A stretch of DNA of 64,000 nt from Vicinamibacterales bacterium (lineage in GTDB: Bacteria > Acidobacteriota > Vicinamibacteria > Vicinamibacterales > CAVVIG01): the NCBI GenBank assembly GCA_050183995.1, contig JBFXAT010000017.1:3167-67166 (forward strand), written 5' to 3'. Made by a program: the position numbers and the translations under genes. This document shows, piece by piece, positions 16,924 through 27,175 of this stretch. Numbering within the stretch: position 1 is the stretch's first letter; each line of letters begins with the position of its first letter. A model generated the notes under the pieces. It was not told the DNA's origin, searched no databases, and saw only the letters and a program-made list of their open reading frames with translations.

Positions 16924-18363
16924 TCACCGACTCGATGGTGAGCCTTCGGGTTGCTCCGCCGTCCACAGCGAGGCGATCCGCCCTGCGGGCAGGCCTGCGC
17001 CGCGCAACAGGGCGCGTGTATGTTCGGTGCCGTCCGTTCGAAAGTGAGCCGGAAGCCGTTCCAGCGCAGACCTGGAGGGCATCGGCGTAGCGCAGGCCGA
17101 TGCGAGCAGGGCATCGTAGCGCGCGACCATTTGAGCGAGCGTAAATCGCTCTTCCCACACGGCCCGCGCGCGGCGCCCCAGCCGGTCGCGCAGCGGCGCA
17201 TCGGCGGCGAGCCGCTGGACGGCCAACTGCAGCGAGTGTTCCTCGTCGATGATGTCGATGCTCACACAGGCGGGCTCGTCTCGAAGCGGCCAGCCGAAGG
17301 CGTCGGCGCGCGTCGCGGTGAAGTGGAGCGGCGTCCAGCTGCGCGGATCGTACGCGGGGACGTCGGTCGTGTGCGCCAGGTCGGAGATGACCGTGGGACG
17401 TCCGGCCGCGAGGCAGCGCAGCCAGGCGGCCGACGTCTCTCTCGATGTTGGCCATCGCAGGCACAGGCACACGTCTGCTGCCGCCAGATAGTCGCCGAGC
17501 TCGTCGTGGGACACGTACCCGGCGATCGTCACACGGTCTGCAACGCCGCAGGCGCGCGCGTCGGTCAGCGGATCGTAGAAGGGCACGCTCCCGCCCGCGA
17601 GCAGCAGGTGCACCGGCAGCCCCTGACGTGCCACGGCCGAGATCGCGCGTATCGACTGTGCGATCCGCTTCTCGGGCGTGATCTCCCCGAGTGCCGTGAA
17701 CACCACCGCGTCATCCGGAATCTGGTGACGCGCGCGGATTCGCTGCCTCGCGTCCGAGGAGGCGGCGAGCGCCGGAACGCCCATGTCGATGAGCTCCACG
17801 GGTGTGTCCGGATGTTCGCTGGCGATGACCTCAGCCAGATAACGGTTGTGCACGGCGACCGCGCGGGACGCCTGGATCGGCACGCTCCGCATGGGCCAGT
17901 AGTAAATCAACGAGCCCAGCCGACCGCGGATGCCGAGCTCGACCACCGAGCGATCCACCTCGGGATGGCTGAACGCGAACTCCGCCAGGTAATCGTCCGG
18001 CCGGCCCCGCTCGCGCAGGAACCGTCCGCGTGCGTGGTGGAACTGGCCGTCGTGCAGGACCACGAGTCCGGGAAACCGCGTCAGATACGCCCACATGTAG
18101 TCGTGGAACGGCGCGTTCCCGAGCTGATACACGACGAGGTCGAAGGCGCGCTGCCGGTGAACCCAGAGGAAGTCGTGCGCGCTCCGCACGGCGATGTCGC
18201 GTCCAGGTGGAACGCTGGCCTGGGCCGGATCGGCCACGAAGACCTGCAGGTCGTAGCGCGCCGACAGCCCGGGCAGGACATCCAAGCTGTACTGGGCGAT
18301 GCCCGAGCGCGCCGGTGGCAGGGGCGTGAACCACGCGATGCGCGGGCGGATCCGTTCGTCCAT
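16924..18363 (-). CDS. GT4-family glycosyltransferase
   Basis: RIAWFTPLPPARSGIAQYS... at the N-terminus. C-terminal region DVCLCLRWPTSRETSAAWLRCLAAGRPTVISD (E-x7-type). Confidence 0.75.
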   Translation of the reverse strand: MDERIRPRIAWFTPLPPARSGIAQYSLDVLPGLSARYDLQVFVADPAQASVPPGRDIAVRSAHDFLWVHRQRAFDLVVYQLGNAPFHDYMWAYLTRFPGLVVLHDGQFHHARGRFLRERGRPDDYLAEFAFSHPEVDRSVVELGIRGRLGSLIYYWPMRSVPIQASRAVAVHNRYLAEVIASEHPDTPVELIDMGVPALAASSDARQRIRARHQIPDDAVVFTALGEITPEKRIAQSIRAISAVARQGLPVHLLLAGGSVPFYDPLTDARACGVADRVTIAGYVSHDELGDYLAAADVCLCLRWPTSRETSAAWLRCLAAGRPTVISDLAHTTDVPAYDPRSWTPLHFTATRADAFGWPLRDEPACVSIDIIDEEHSLQLAVQRLAADAPLRDRLGRRARAVWEERFTLAQMVARYDALLASACATPMPSRSALERLPAHFRTDGTEHTRALLRGAGLPAGRIASLWTAEQPEGSPSSR

Positions 18364-18483
18364 TTTTGCGGTGCGAACATACTACCAGCGTCGAGTCTCC
18401 GGCAGGCGCCCCGGTTTCTTCGTGGTAGCCTCACGCGAGCCGCCACCCGATGCCGATGCGGATTCGATAACCCAGTCCTGCCC

Positions 18484-20577
18484 GTGACCGACGACGTTCT
18501 TGCCACGCCGCTGCAGTATCTGAAGGGCGTGGGGCCCCGCCGCGCGGCCGACCTCGCGCGCGTCGGCCTGCACACGATTGAAGACCTGCTCTTCCGGTTC
18601 CCGCTGCGCTACGAGGACCGCAGCCGGCTGCAGCCGATCGCCTCCATCCGGCCCGGGACGAAGGTGTCCGTGCAGGGCCGCATCACGCACTGCGCGTTGC
18701 GCACGACGCGGCGTCCCGGCTTCAAGGTGTTCGAGGCGATCGTCAGCGACGAAACCGGCAGCGTGCTCGCAACATGGCTGAACCAGGCGTTCCTGCGCGA
18801 CGTCTTCCACGCCGGTCAGCACGTGTTGCTGTACGGCGCCGCGGAGATGCGGGGGCATGGCGGTCTTCAGCTGACCAATCCCGATCACGAGATCCTGGAC
18901 GACGAGGAAGGGGAGACGATTCACACCGGCCGCATCGTGCCGGTCTACGAGAAGGCGGGCAGCGTCACCACGAAGATCCAGCGGCGCTTCGTCCACGACG
19001 CGCTGCTGCGGCTCGGACCCGATCTGCCCGATCCGCTGCCGGAGCCGCTGCGAGCCCGAGAGGGGCTGCCGACCCGATACGCCGCGCTGCACGCCACGCA
19101 CTTTCCGCCTGCGGACGCGAGCCTGGCCGCGCTGAACCGCTTCGCAACGGCCCCCCAACGGAGGCTGATCTTCGAAGAGGCGTTCCTGTTCCAGATGGGC
19201 GTGATGGCGAGACGCCGGTCTGCGCTCGCGGAGCCCAAGCCGCTTCCGATCGTGGTGGACGATCGCATTCGCGAATCGGCGCGGCGGGTGCTGCCGTTCA
19301 AGCTGACGGCAGGGCAACGACAGGCGTTGAAGGAGATCGTGGAGGACCTCCAGCGCCCGCACCCGATGAACCGTCTGCTGCAAGGGGACGTCGGCGCCGG
19401 CAAGACGATCGTGGCGCTCCTCGCCGCCGTCGTGTCGATGGAGAACGGCCTGCAGGTCGCCTTCATGGCGCCCACCGAGATTCTCGCGGAACAGCACTTC
19501 GGCACGCTCACCCGTCTGCTGCAAGGCACGCGCTTCCGAACGGCACTGCTGACCGGATCGATGCGCGCCGCATCGCGGCGTCGCGACCTCGCGGAGATCG
19601 CACAAGGAGCGGTGCAGCTGGTCGTCGGCACGCATGCCCTGGTGCAGGGCGACGTCCTGTTTCACCAGCTCGGACTCGTGATCATCGACGAGCAGCATCG
19701 CTTCGGCGTGCTGCAGCGGGCGACGCTCCGCGAGAAGGGGCTGCATCCCGACGCACTCGTCATGACGGCCACGCCGATACCGCGTACGCTCGCGCTCACG
19801 ATCTATGGCGATCTCGACGTGTCGACGATTCGCGATCGGCCACCCGGGCGCATGCCGATCAAGACGCTGCTGCTGCCCGAGAGCCGCCGGGACGAGATGC
19901 AGGCGCTCCTGCGGCGCGAACTGGGCGCCGGACGCCAGGCCTATGTGGTCTATCCGCTCGTGGAGGAGTCGGCGAAGGTCGACCTGAAGGCGGCCAGTGA
20001 GATGGCGGACACCCTCGCGGCGCAGGTGTTCCCTGAATTCCGCATCGGTCTGCTGCACGGCCGGATGAAAGCCGACGCGAAGGATCGCGTGATGAAGGCG
20101 TTCGCCGCAGGTGAGCTCCACGTTCTGGTGTCGACGACGGTCGTCGAGGTCGGCATCGACGTGGCGAATGCGACGGTCATGGTGGTGGAGCATGCCGAGC
20201 GCTTCGGCTTGTCGCAGCTGCACCAGCTGCGCGGCCGCGTTGGACGCGGAGCCGCGCAGTCGGTCTGCGTGCTGGTGCACCAGTCGCCGCTGACACCGGA
20301 GGCCCACGACCGCCTCCAGGCGATGGTCCAGACCGACGACGGGTTCGCGATCGCGGAGCGCGACCTGCAGCTGCGCGGCGCGGGCGACTTCTTCGGGACG
20401 CGGCAGGCCGGGATGCCGACGTTCCGGCTGATCGACCTCGCGCGCGACCGCGAGCTGTTGGAGCTCGCGCAGAGGGACGCCGGCGCGTGGCTGGCGGAGC
20501 ACGCGCCGACGCCGGCCGCCACCGCCGCGCTGCTGGACGCGTGGTCCGCCCGGTTCCGGCTCATGGAGGTCGGCTGA
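18484..20577 (+). CDS. recG: ATP-dependent DNA helicase RecG
   Basis: C-terminal 697 codons of ORF 16951..20577, with start at in-frame GTG 18484 (VTDDVLATPLQYLKGVGPRRAADL). Walker A GDVGAGKT, DEQHRFG, QLRGRVGRG. Confidence 0.93.
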   Translation: MTDDVLATPLQYLKGVGPRRAADLARVGLHTIEDLLFRFPLRYEDRSRLQPIASIRPGTKVSVQGRITHCALRTTRRPGFKVFEAIVSDETGSVLATWLNQAFLRDVFHAGQHVLLYGAAEMRGHGGLQLTNPDHEILDDEEGETIHTGRIVPVYEKAGSVTTKIQRRFVHDALLRLGPDLPDPLPEPLRAREGLPTRYAALHATHFPPADASLAALNRFATAPQRRLIFEEAFLFQMGVMARRRSALAEPKPLPIVVDDRIRESARRVLPFKLTAGQRQALKEIVEDLQRPHPMNRLLQGDVGAGKTIVALLAAVVSMENGLQVAFMAPTEILAEQHFGTLTRLLQGTRFRTALLTGSMRAASRRRDLAEIAQGAVQLVVGTHALVQGDVLFHQLGLVIIDEQHRFGVLQRATLREKGLHPDALVMTATPIPRTLALTIYGDLDVSTIRDRPPGRMPIKTLLLPESRRDEMQALLRRELGAGRQAYVVYPLVEESAKVDLKAASEMADTLAAQVFPEFRIGLLHGRMKADAKDRVMKAFAAGELHVLVSTTVVEVGIDVANATVMVVEHAERFGLSQLHQLRGRVGRGAAQSVCVLVHQSPLTPEAHDRLQAMVQTDDGFAIAERDLQLRGAGDFFGTRQAGMPTFRLIDLARDRELLELAQRDAGAWLAEHAPTPAATAALLDAWSARFRLMEVG

Positions 20578-20580
20578 CGC

Positions 20581-21132
20581 GTGCGGATCATTGCCGGGAT
20601 GTACAAGGGCCGCCGGCTGAAGGCGCCTGTATGGGAGGGGCTTCGCCCCACGTCGGATCGGCTGCGCGAAACGCTGTTCAACGTCCTTGCGGCGCGCTCG
20701 GCCGGGGCGCGCGTGCTGGATGTGTACGCCGGCACCGGCGCGCTCGGCATCGAAGCGCTGAGCCGGGGCGCCTCCTTCGTGACGTTCGTGGAGGCGGATC
20801 GGCGCGCGCAGGCGCTGATCGCGGCGAACCTGGCCGCGTGCGGGATCCGGGAGGGCTATGCTATTATCCGCGCGCCCGCGGCCCGGGCCTATCAGACGAT
20901 CCGGAGCAACTCCTCGTTCGTGCCGTTCGACATCGTTCTCATCGATCCGCCATACGACCAGCCGCCTGGACCAGCGCTGGAAGGCGTCGACGATCTGGTG
21001 TCGCCAGGCGGAATCATAGTCTTCGAGCACGCGCGGCGGACCTCGATGCCGGACACGGCGGGGCGCCTGACGCGCACACGTGATCTGGTCTCCGGCGACA
21101 GCGCCCTGGCCTTCTACACATGCCAACCCTAG
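20581..21132 (+). CDS. rsmD: 16S rRNA (guanine966-N2)-methyltransferase RsmD
   Basis: MRIIAGMYKGRRLKAP, LRPTSDRLRETLFN, GTGALGIEALSRGA, LIDPPYD. Confidence 0.9.
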   Translation: MRIIAGMYKGRRLKAPVWEGLRPTSDRLRETLFNVLAARSAGARVLDVYAGTGALGIEALSRGASFVTFVEADRRAQALIAANLAACGIREGYAIIRAPAARAYQTIRSNSSFVPFDIVLIDPPYDQPPGPALEGVDDLVSPGGIIVFEHARRTSMPDTAGRLTRTRDLVSGDSALAFYTCQP

Positions 21133-21614
21133 CCGTCTATCCGGGATCGTTCGATCCGATCACCAACGGCCACGTCGACATCATCCGGCGTGGCGCCCGT
21201 CTCTTCGAGCGCATCATCGTCGCCGTCCTGATCAACGCGGAGAAGTCGCCGTTGTTCACGATGGAGGAGCGCGTGGAGATCGCCCGCGCGGTCTTCGCCG
21301 ACATGCCCAACGTGGAGGTCGACACGTTCGACGGACTGCTGGTCGACTACGTGGAGCGGCGAGAGGCGCAGGTGATCGTGCGCGGTCTGCGCGCCGTGTC
21401 CGATTTCGAGTTCGAGTTCCAGATGGCCCTGATGAACAGGCGGCTGAATGGTAAGATCGAGACCATCTTCATGATGCCGGCGGAGCAGTACACCTACATC
21501 AGCTCCCGCCTGATCAAGGAGGTCTTCAGGCTCGGCGGCCGCGTCCACGGCCTCGTGCCGGATATGGTGGAGCAGCGCCTCCGCCACAAGATTGCATCCC
21601 GCGACAATCACTAA
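21120..21614 (+). CDS. coaD: phosphopantetheine adenylyltransferase
   Basis: AVYPGSFDPITNGHVDII, GLRAVSDFEFEFQMA, YISSRLIKE. Overlaps rsmD by 13 nt. Confidence 0.95.
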   Translation: MPTLAVYPGSFDPITNGHVDIIRRGARLFERIIVAVLINAEKSPLFTMEERVEIARAVFADMPNVEVDTFDGLLVDYVERREAQVIVRGLRAVSDFEFEFQMALMNRRLNGKIETIFMMPAEQYTYISSRLIKEVFRLGGRVHGLVPDMVEQRLRHKIASRDNH

Positions 21615-21629
21615 CTCGACAGAAACGTC

Positions 21630-23027
<1,398 letters not shown>

Positions 23028-23028
23028 G

Positions 23029-24270
23029 TCAGCGGTCGACGGCGTTCCCTGCCACGTACACCGCCTCGATCCGCCGCATGTTGCTGATGTCGGTCAGCGG
23101 ATCGGCTCCAAGCACGACGAAGTCGGCCCACTTGCCGGGCTCGAGCGTCCCGAGATCGCGATCGATGTGATGGCAGCGCGCGGCGTCGCGCGTCGCGGCG
23201 AGCAGCGCCTGCTCCGGCGTCAGCCCGGCTTCCACCATCAGCTCCAGCTCCATCAGCTCGAAGTAGCCCTGAAAGCGTCCGACGGGACCCGAGTCGGTTC
23301 CCATGGCGATCCGCACGCCGTTGTCCGACAGGGTCTTCAGGTTCTTCTTCGCTTGTTGCAGCGCGAGCTTGTAGCGCTGGGCGCTCGGACTCGCCTTCGT
23401 GCGCGCCTGCCGCGCAGGATCCCGCAGCTCCGCGATCCACGCCGGATCGGCGTGCGCGAGGAAGAAGGGATCGGCGAAGAACGCGGGCGTCGATTCGTAC
23501 GTGAACGTCGACACCTCGCGCATGAGCGTGGGTACCAGGCAGACGTCGCGCGCCTTGAGCAGGCCGATCAGCTCGGCGTCGACGTCCGCGTCCCGGACGC
23601 TGTGGGCGATCAGGTCCGCCCCCGCGCGGAGCACGCCCTTGGCGTCAGCCAGATAGAAGAGGTGAACGGCGGTCCTCAAGCCCTGTCTGTGCGACTCGTC
23701 GATCACCGCGCGGTAGATCTCGGGCGGCATCTTCGGCGTGGCGCCGAGATTGTCGTCGACGCGGATCTTGATCAGATCTGAGCGCGCACGGACGTTGGCC
23801 GCGACCTGCTGGCGCGCGTCCTCGGGCGAGGAGGGGTCGAGCACCGGCCCGGCGAGAAGCAGCCGGGTGCGATCGAGCGCCGCCGTGTTCTGATTGTCGC
23901 GTGCCGCAAACGCGTCCGGCCCTTCGTCGCCGAGACTGTGCACCGTGGTGACGCCGTAGGCCGCGTAGACGGCAGTGTCGCGGGCCGTATTCCTGATATG
24001 GCCGTGCGCGTTGATCAAGCCGGGGACGACCGTGCGTCCCTCCAGCGTCGTCCGCGCCGCGCCGGCGGGGATCTGAACGCTTGCCGAGGGGCCCACGGCG
24101 GTGATGCGGCCATCGCGGACGATCATCGCGGCGTCTCCGACCACGACGCGTCCGGTACCGTCGAACAACCGCATGCCGGTGAAGGCTCGCAGCGCGCCTT
24201 GCGGCTGCGCGAAGCCGGAAGACCCGATGACGGTGACGATGGCCGCGCAGGCGGCAAGCAGCTGTTTCAT
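23029..24270 (-). CDS. secreted amidohydrolase-family metallohydrolase
   Basis: C-terminal part of ORF 23029..25389, with start at ATG 24270. Signal peptide [22 protein letters not shown]. Metal motif [10 protein letters not shown]. Later motifs include DLIAHS and MGTDSG. Confidence 0.8.
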   Translation of the reverse strand: MKQLLAACAAIVTVIGSSGFAQPQGALRAFTGMRLFDGTGRVVVGDAAMIVRDGRITAVGPSASVQIPAGAARTTLEGRTVVPGLINAHGHIRNTARDTAVYAAYGVTTVHSLGDEGPDAFAARDNQNTAALDRTRLLLAGPVLDPSSPEDARQQVAANVRARSDLIKIRVDDNLGATPKMPPEIYRAVIDESHRQGLRTAVHLFYLADAKGVLRAGADLIAHSVRDADVDAELIGLLKARDVCLVPTLMREVSTFTYESTPAFFADPFFLAHADPAWIAELRDPARQARTKASPSAQRYKLALQQAKKNLKTLSDNGVRIAMGTDSGPVGRFQGYFELMELELMVEAGLTPEQALLAATRDAARCHHIDRDLGTLEPGKWADFVVLGADPLTDISNMRRIEAVYVAGNAVDR

Positions 24271-24288
24271 GGGCGACAATATAGCCGA

Positions 24289-25452
24289 ATGGTCCCGCCG
24301 CCGGTCTGGCCCGTGGTCCTTGCCGGGTTCGCCGCATTCACCAATCTCTACGCCACCCAACCGCTGCTCCCGCTCCTGATGCGGGTGTTCGACGCGAGCC
24401 ACTTCGCCGTGAGCCTCAGCGTCACGGCTCCGACGCTTGCCGTGGCCGCTGCCGCGCCGATAGCGGGCCGCGTCGCCGACCTCGTCGGGCGGAAGCGGAT
24501 CATCGTGGGGGCGGCGGGGTTGATGTCGCTTGCCACGGCGCTCGCCGCCACATCGGCGAATCTCCCCCAGTTCATCGCCTGGCGGTTCGTGCAGGGGCTT
24601 CTGACGCCGGGGATCTTCGCGATCACGATCGCCTACATCCACGAGGAGTATCCGAGCTCGTTCACCGGGCGCGCGACCGCCGCGTACGTGAGCGGCACCG
24701 TGGTCGGCGGTTTCTGCGGGAGAGTACTGGTCGGGCTCGTGGCGGCGTACGCAAGCTGGAGGACGGCGTTCGCGACGCTCGCCGTGGTCAACGTGGCGAC
24801 GACAGTGGCCATCGCCGCGTGGCTGCCGCGCGAGCGCAATCCGGCGCTGCGGGCGCTCGGAGGATATAGCCGGTCGGCATTGGCCCTGCTGCGGAATCGC
24901 CAGCTGATCGCGACCAATGCCGTCGGCTTCTGCGTGCTGTTCTCGCAGGTCGCCGTGTTCACCTATGTCACGTTTCACCTGGAAGCGCCGCCGTACGGCT
25001 TGAGTACCGCGGCGCTGGGCTGGCTGTTCATCGTCTACCTGTTCGGCGCCGCAGTGACTCCGGTGGCCGGCCGCTGGGTCGACATCTACGGACATCGCGC
25101 CGGCCTGTCGTTGGGCATGGCGATCGGTGTGTTCGGGGCGGCCCTCACGCTGGCCGGTCCGCTCGGCTTCATCGTGGCCGGGCTCGCCTTGGTGGGCACG
25201 GGCGTGTTCATCGGGCAGACGACGGCAAGCAGCTACATCGCCTCGGCGACGGCGTCGGACCGCGGGTTGGCCGTCGGGCTGTACTCCTCCAGCTACTATC
25301 TCGGCGGCAGCCTGGGCGGATCGCTCCCCGCGCTGCTTTGGGCGCAGGCAGGCTGGGCAGGATGTGTGCTGCTGGTCATCGCCGTTCAACTGGCGACGCT
25401 GGGGCTGGGAGTTGCGTTCTGGCGGCCTGGGCGGGCCGGGCGGTCTCGGTGA
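24289..25452 (+). CDS. MFS transporter
   Basis: Part of ORF 23938..25452, with start at ATG 24289 (MVPPPVWPVVLAGFAAF). MFS motif A-like GRVADLVGRKR. About 12 hydrophobic helices. Confidence 0.8.
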   Translation: MVPPPVWPVVLAGFAAFTNLYATQPLLPLLMRVFDASHFAVSLSVTAPTLAVAAAAPIAGRVADLVGRKRIIVGAAGLMSLATALAATSANLPQFIAWRFVQGLLTPGIFAITIAYIHEEYPSSFTGRATAAYVSGTVVGGFCGRVLVGLVAAYASWRTAFATLAVVNVATTVAIAAWLPRERNPALRALGGYSRSALALLRNRQLIATNAVGFCVLFSQVAVFTYVTFHLEAPPYGLSTAALGWLFIVYLFGAAVTPVAGRWVDIYGHRAGLSLGMAIGVFGAALTLAGPLGFIVAGLALVGTGVFIGQTTASSYIASATASDRGLAVGLYSSSYYLGGSLGGSLPALLWAQAGWAGCVLLVIAVQLATLGLGVAFWRPGRAGRSR

Positions 25453-25487
25453 CCTGGGCGGTTTGGGCGAACGACCTGAGCGTGGCC

Positions 25488-25519
25488 ATCCAAATCGAAA
25501 GGCATATCAAAGTTTGGAT
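25488..25519. promoter_or_regulatory. inverted repeat ATCCAAA-N18-TTTGGAT in a locally AT-rich intergenic island
   Basis: Read directly. It lies between the MFS stop (25452) and the cytochrome c-monooxygenase start (25585). The function (terminator or operator) is unknown. Confidence 0.3.
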
Positions 25520-25584
25520 AGGCGAGCGGCTCAAGCTCATCGGAATATAGATAGTGTAAAATCCGCCCAGAGGTAATCTTCATT

Positions 25585-26910
25585 ATGAAGAGTTGTATTC
25601 AGGGTGTTGGAATCGGAGCCATGGCGCTCCTGTTCTCCTACGCTGCCCCCCAGCAGGCACTTGCGCAGCAGTCGCCTACCTTCACGAAGGACGTTGCGCC
25701 GATCCTTCAGAAGAACTGCCAGTCCTGTCACCGCCCGGGCGACGTGGGTCCCATGTCGCTGCGGACGTACGAGGAAGTGCGGCCCTGGGTCCGCTCGATC
25801 AAGCAGCGCGTGGTCGCTGGCGAGATGCCCCCCTACCGGTACGACAAGGTGGGCGTGCAGCAGTTGAAGTGGGACCTGCGCTTGAAGGAATCCGAGATCC
25901 AGACGATCGCGAACTGGGTCGACGCCGGCGCGCCGCAGGGCAACCCGGCCGACATGCCGCCGCAGCCGGTGTTCCCGGACGGCACCAAGTGGGCCTTCGA
26001 GGACGCGCTGGGCCCGCCCGACGTGATCGTGCCGACCAAGCCCTACACGCTGCCCGCACAGGGTGGTGACCGCTGGTGGCGTCCGATCGTGCCGGTGGGC
26101 ACGACGGCCGACCGCTGCATCAAGGCGCTGTCGGTCAAGCCGTCGCTCAAGGGCCGCGCCGGTTCGCATCATGCGAACAGCGACCTGATGGTGCCGAACG
26201 AAAGCGGCGACTACACGCTGCTCGAACGTGTCTCCGAATATGCGTCCGGCAAGGTCGGCGAGATGGTCCCCGAGGACGGCTGCCGCACGCTGCCGGCGAA
26301 TTCGATGATCAAGTGGGACGTCCACTACTGGCCCTTCGGCGAAGAAGTGAAGGACGACGTCGTCGAGCTCGGCATCTGGCTGTATCCGCCGGACCACAAG
26401 GACAAGGCGAAGTATAAGCAGGACCTCAAGCTCTACACCTTGAAGATGAAGGGCGGAGAGCTCGAGATCGCGCCGCACGGCACCGCGATGACCCAGGGCT
26501 TCCACTCGTTCAAGACTCCGGTCCGCATCGACGCCTTCCAGCCCCACGGGCACGCCCGTCTGGTCGGCATGACGATGGAGATCTTCTATCCGGAGACCGG
26601 CAAGCTCGAGCTGGTCAGCTCCGTCTCGAACTGGACCAACCAGTGGCACACGGCGCACGTCTACGAGAACGACTACGCGCCGCTCATTCCGAAGGGTGCG
26701 GTCCTGCTGTTGACCGGCTACTACGACAACACGGTCAACAACAAGGGCAACCCGGATCCGGATCAGTGGGTGGGTGACGGCAGCCGCACGGCGGACGAAA
26801 TGTCGCACGCCTGGATCACCGTCACGCACTTGGACGACGAGGGCTATCAGCAGATCCTCGAAGACCGGCAGCGCCGCCTCGGAAAGGCGACGCAGGACCA
26901 GCAGCAGTAG
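25585..26910 (+). CDS. secreted mono-haem cytochrome c domain fused to a PHM/DBH-like type II copper monooxygenase domain
   Basis: Signal peptide. CQSCH (C45,C48,H49) with downstream GEMPP (M81), in a PSCyt1-like context FTKDVAPILQKNCQSCHRPG. Then HH (195/196), H247, HGH (321/323) and DEM (M406), in the order of the PHM CuH/CuM ligands. Confidence 0.7.
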   Translation: MKSCIQGVGIGAMALLFSYAAPQQALAQQSPTFTKDVAPILQKNCQSCHRPGDVGPMSLRTYEEVRPWVRSIKQRVVAGEMPPYRYDKVGVQQLKWDLRLKESEIQTIANWVDAGAPQGNPADMPPQPVFPDGTKWAFEDALGPPDVIVPTKPYTLPAQGGDRWWRPIVPVGTTADRCIKALSVKPSLKGRAGSHHANSDLMVPNESGDYTLLERVSEYASGKVGEMVPEDGCRTLPANSMIKWDVHYWPFGEEVKDDVVELGIWLYPPDHKDKAKYKQDLKLYTLKMKGGELEIAPHGTAMTQGFHSFKTPVRIDAFQPHGHARLVGMTMEIFYPETGKLELVSSVSNWTNQWHTAHVYENDYAPLIPKGAVLLLTGYYDNTVNNKGNPDPDQWVGDGSRTADEMSHAWITVTHLDDEGYQQILEDRQRRLGKATQDQQQ

Positions 26911-26940
26911 GTCCGGCAGTCGGACCGCGACGCTCGAGAA

Positions 26941-26974
26941 GGGCCTCCCGACCATTTGGTCGGGGGGCCCTTTT
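26941..26974 (+). terminator. intrinsic terminator of the cytochrome c-monooxygenase gene
   Basis: GGGCCTCCCGACC-ATTT-GGTCGGGGGGCCC forms a 13-bp stem with one U.G pair, followed by TTTTCATTTG. It lies 31 nt after the stop codon. Confidence 0.8.
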
Positions 26975-27024
26975 CATTTGTCAGGAAGCACGTCGCCGGA
27001 AGGGCGCTCGCCGGCAGGCGCTCG

Positions 27025-27042
27025 CCATTCGAATTCGAATGG
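27025..27042. repeat. perfect 18-bp palindrome CCATTCGAATTCGAATGG
   Basis: Read directly. It is an AT-rich island in a GC-rich convergent intergenic region. It is preceded by the direct repeat GGCGCTCGCC x2 (27003..27012 and 27018..27027). Confidence 0.9.
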
Positions 27043-27175
27043 TGTCCAGCGTCAAGCGCGGGGGGAGGGGCGCATCGTGCCCTGACGCCGCCGGCTGGCG
27101 GGAATCGTTTGCAGGCCCAGGAATGCGGTGCGGGTCGCTCGAGGGGGTGGAGGTCGACGGACCTCCGGGTCAGGG

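Noticed and set aside
16951-18483. N-terminal extension that makes recG a 1208-aa ORF. Similar upstream extensions affect other track ORFs: 23938 (MFS), 33169 (PBP1A), 45049 (LLM), 54071 (NtrC-type regulator), 23029..25389 (amidohydrolase), 11142..14153 and 7620..9206.
   Set aside because: The extensions are antisense to, or overlap, well-supported genes, and they have shadow-ORF composition. In each case an in-frame start is followed immediately by the canonical N-terminus, signal peptide or first TM of the family.
27025-27042. Possible tRNA T-arm, or a cloning/vector junction, because of TTCGAATTCGAA (contains an EcoRI site)
   Set aside because: There is no acceptor or anticodon stem context around it, and no vector-like or compositionally foreign flanks. 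It is simply a perfect palindrome, kept as a repeat feature.
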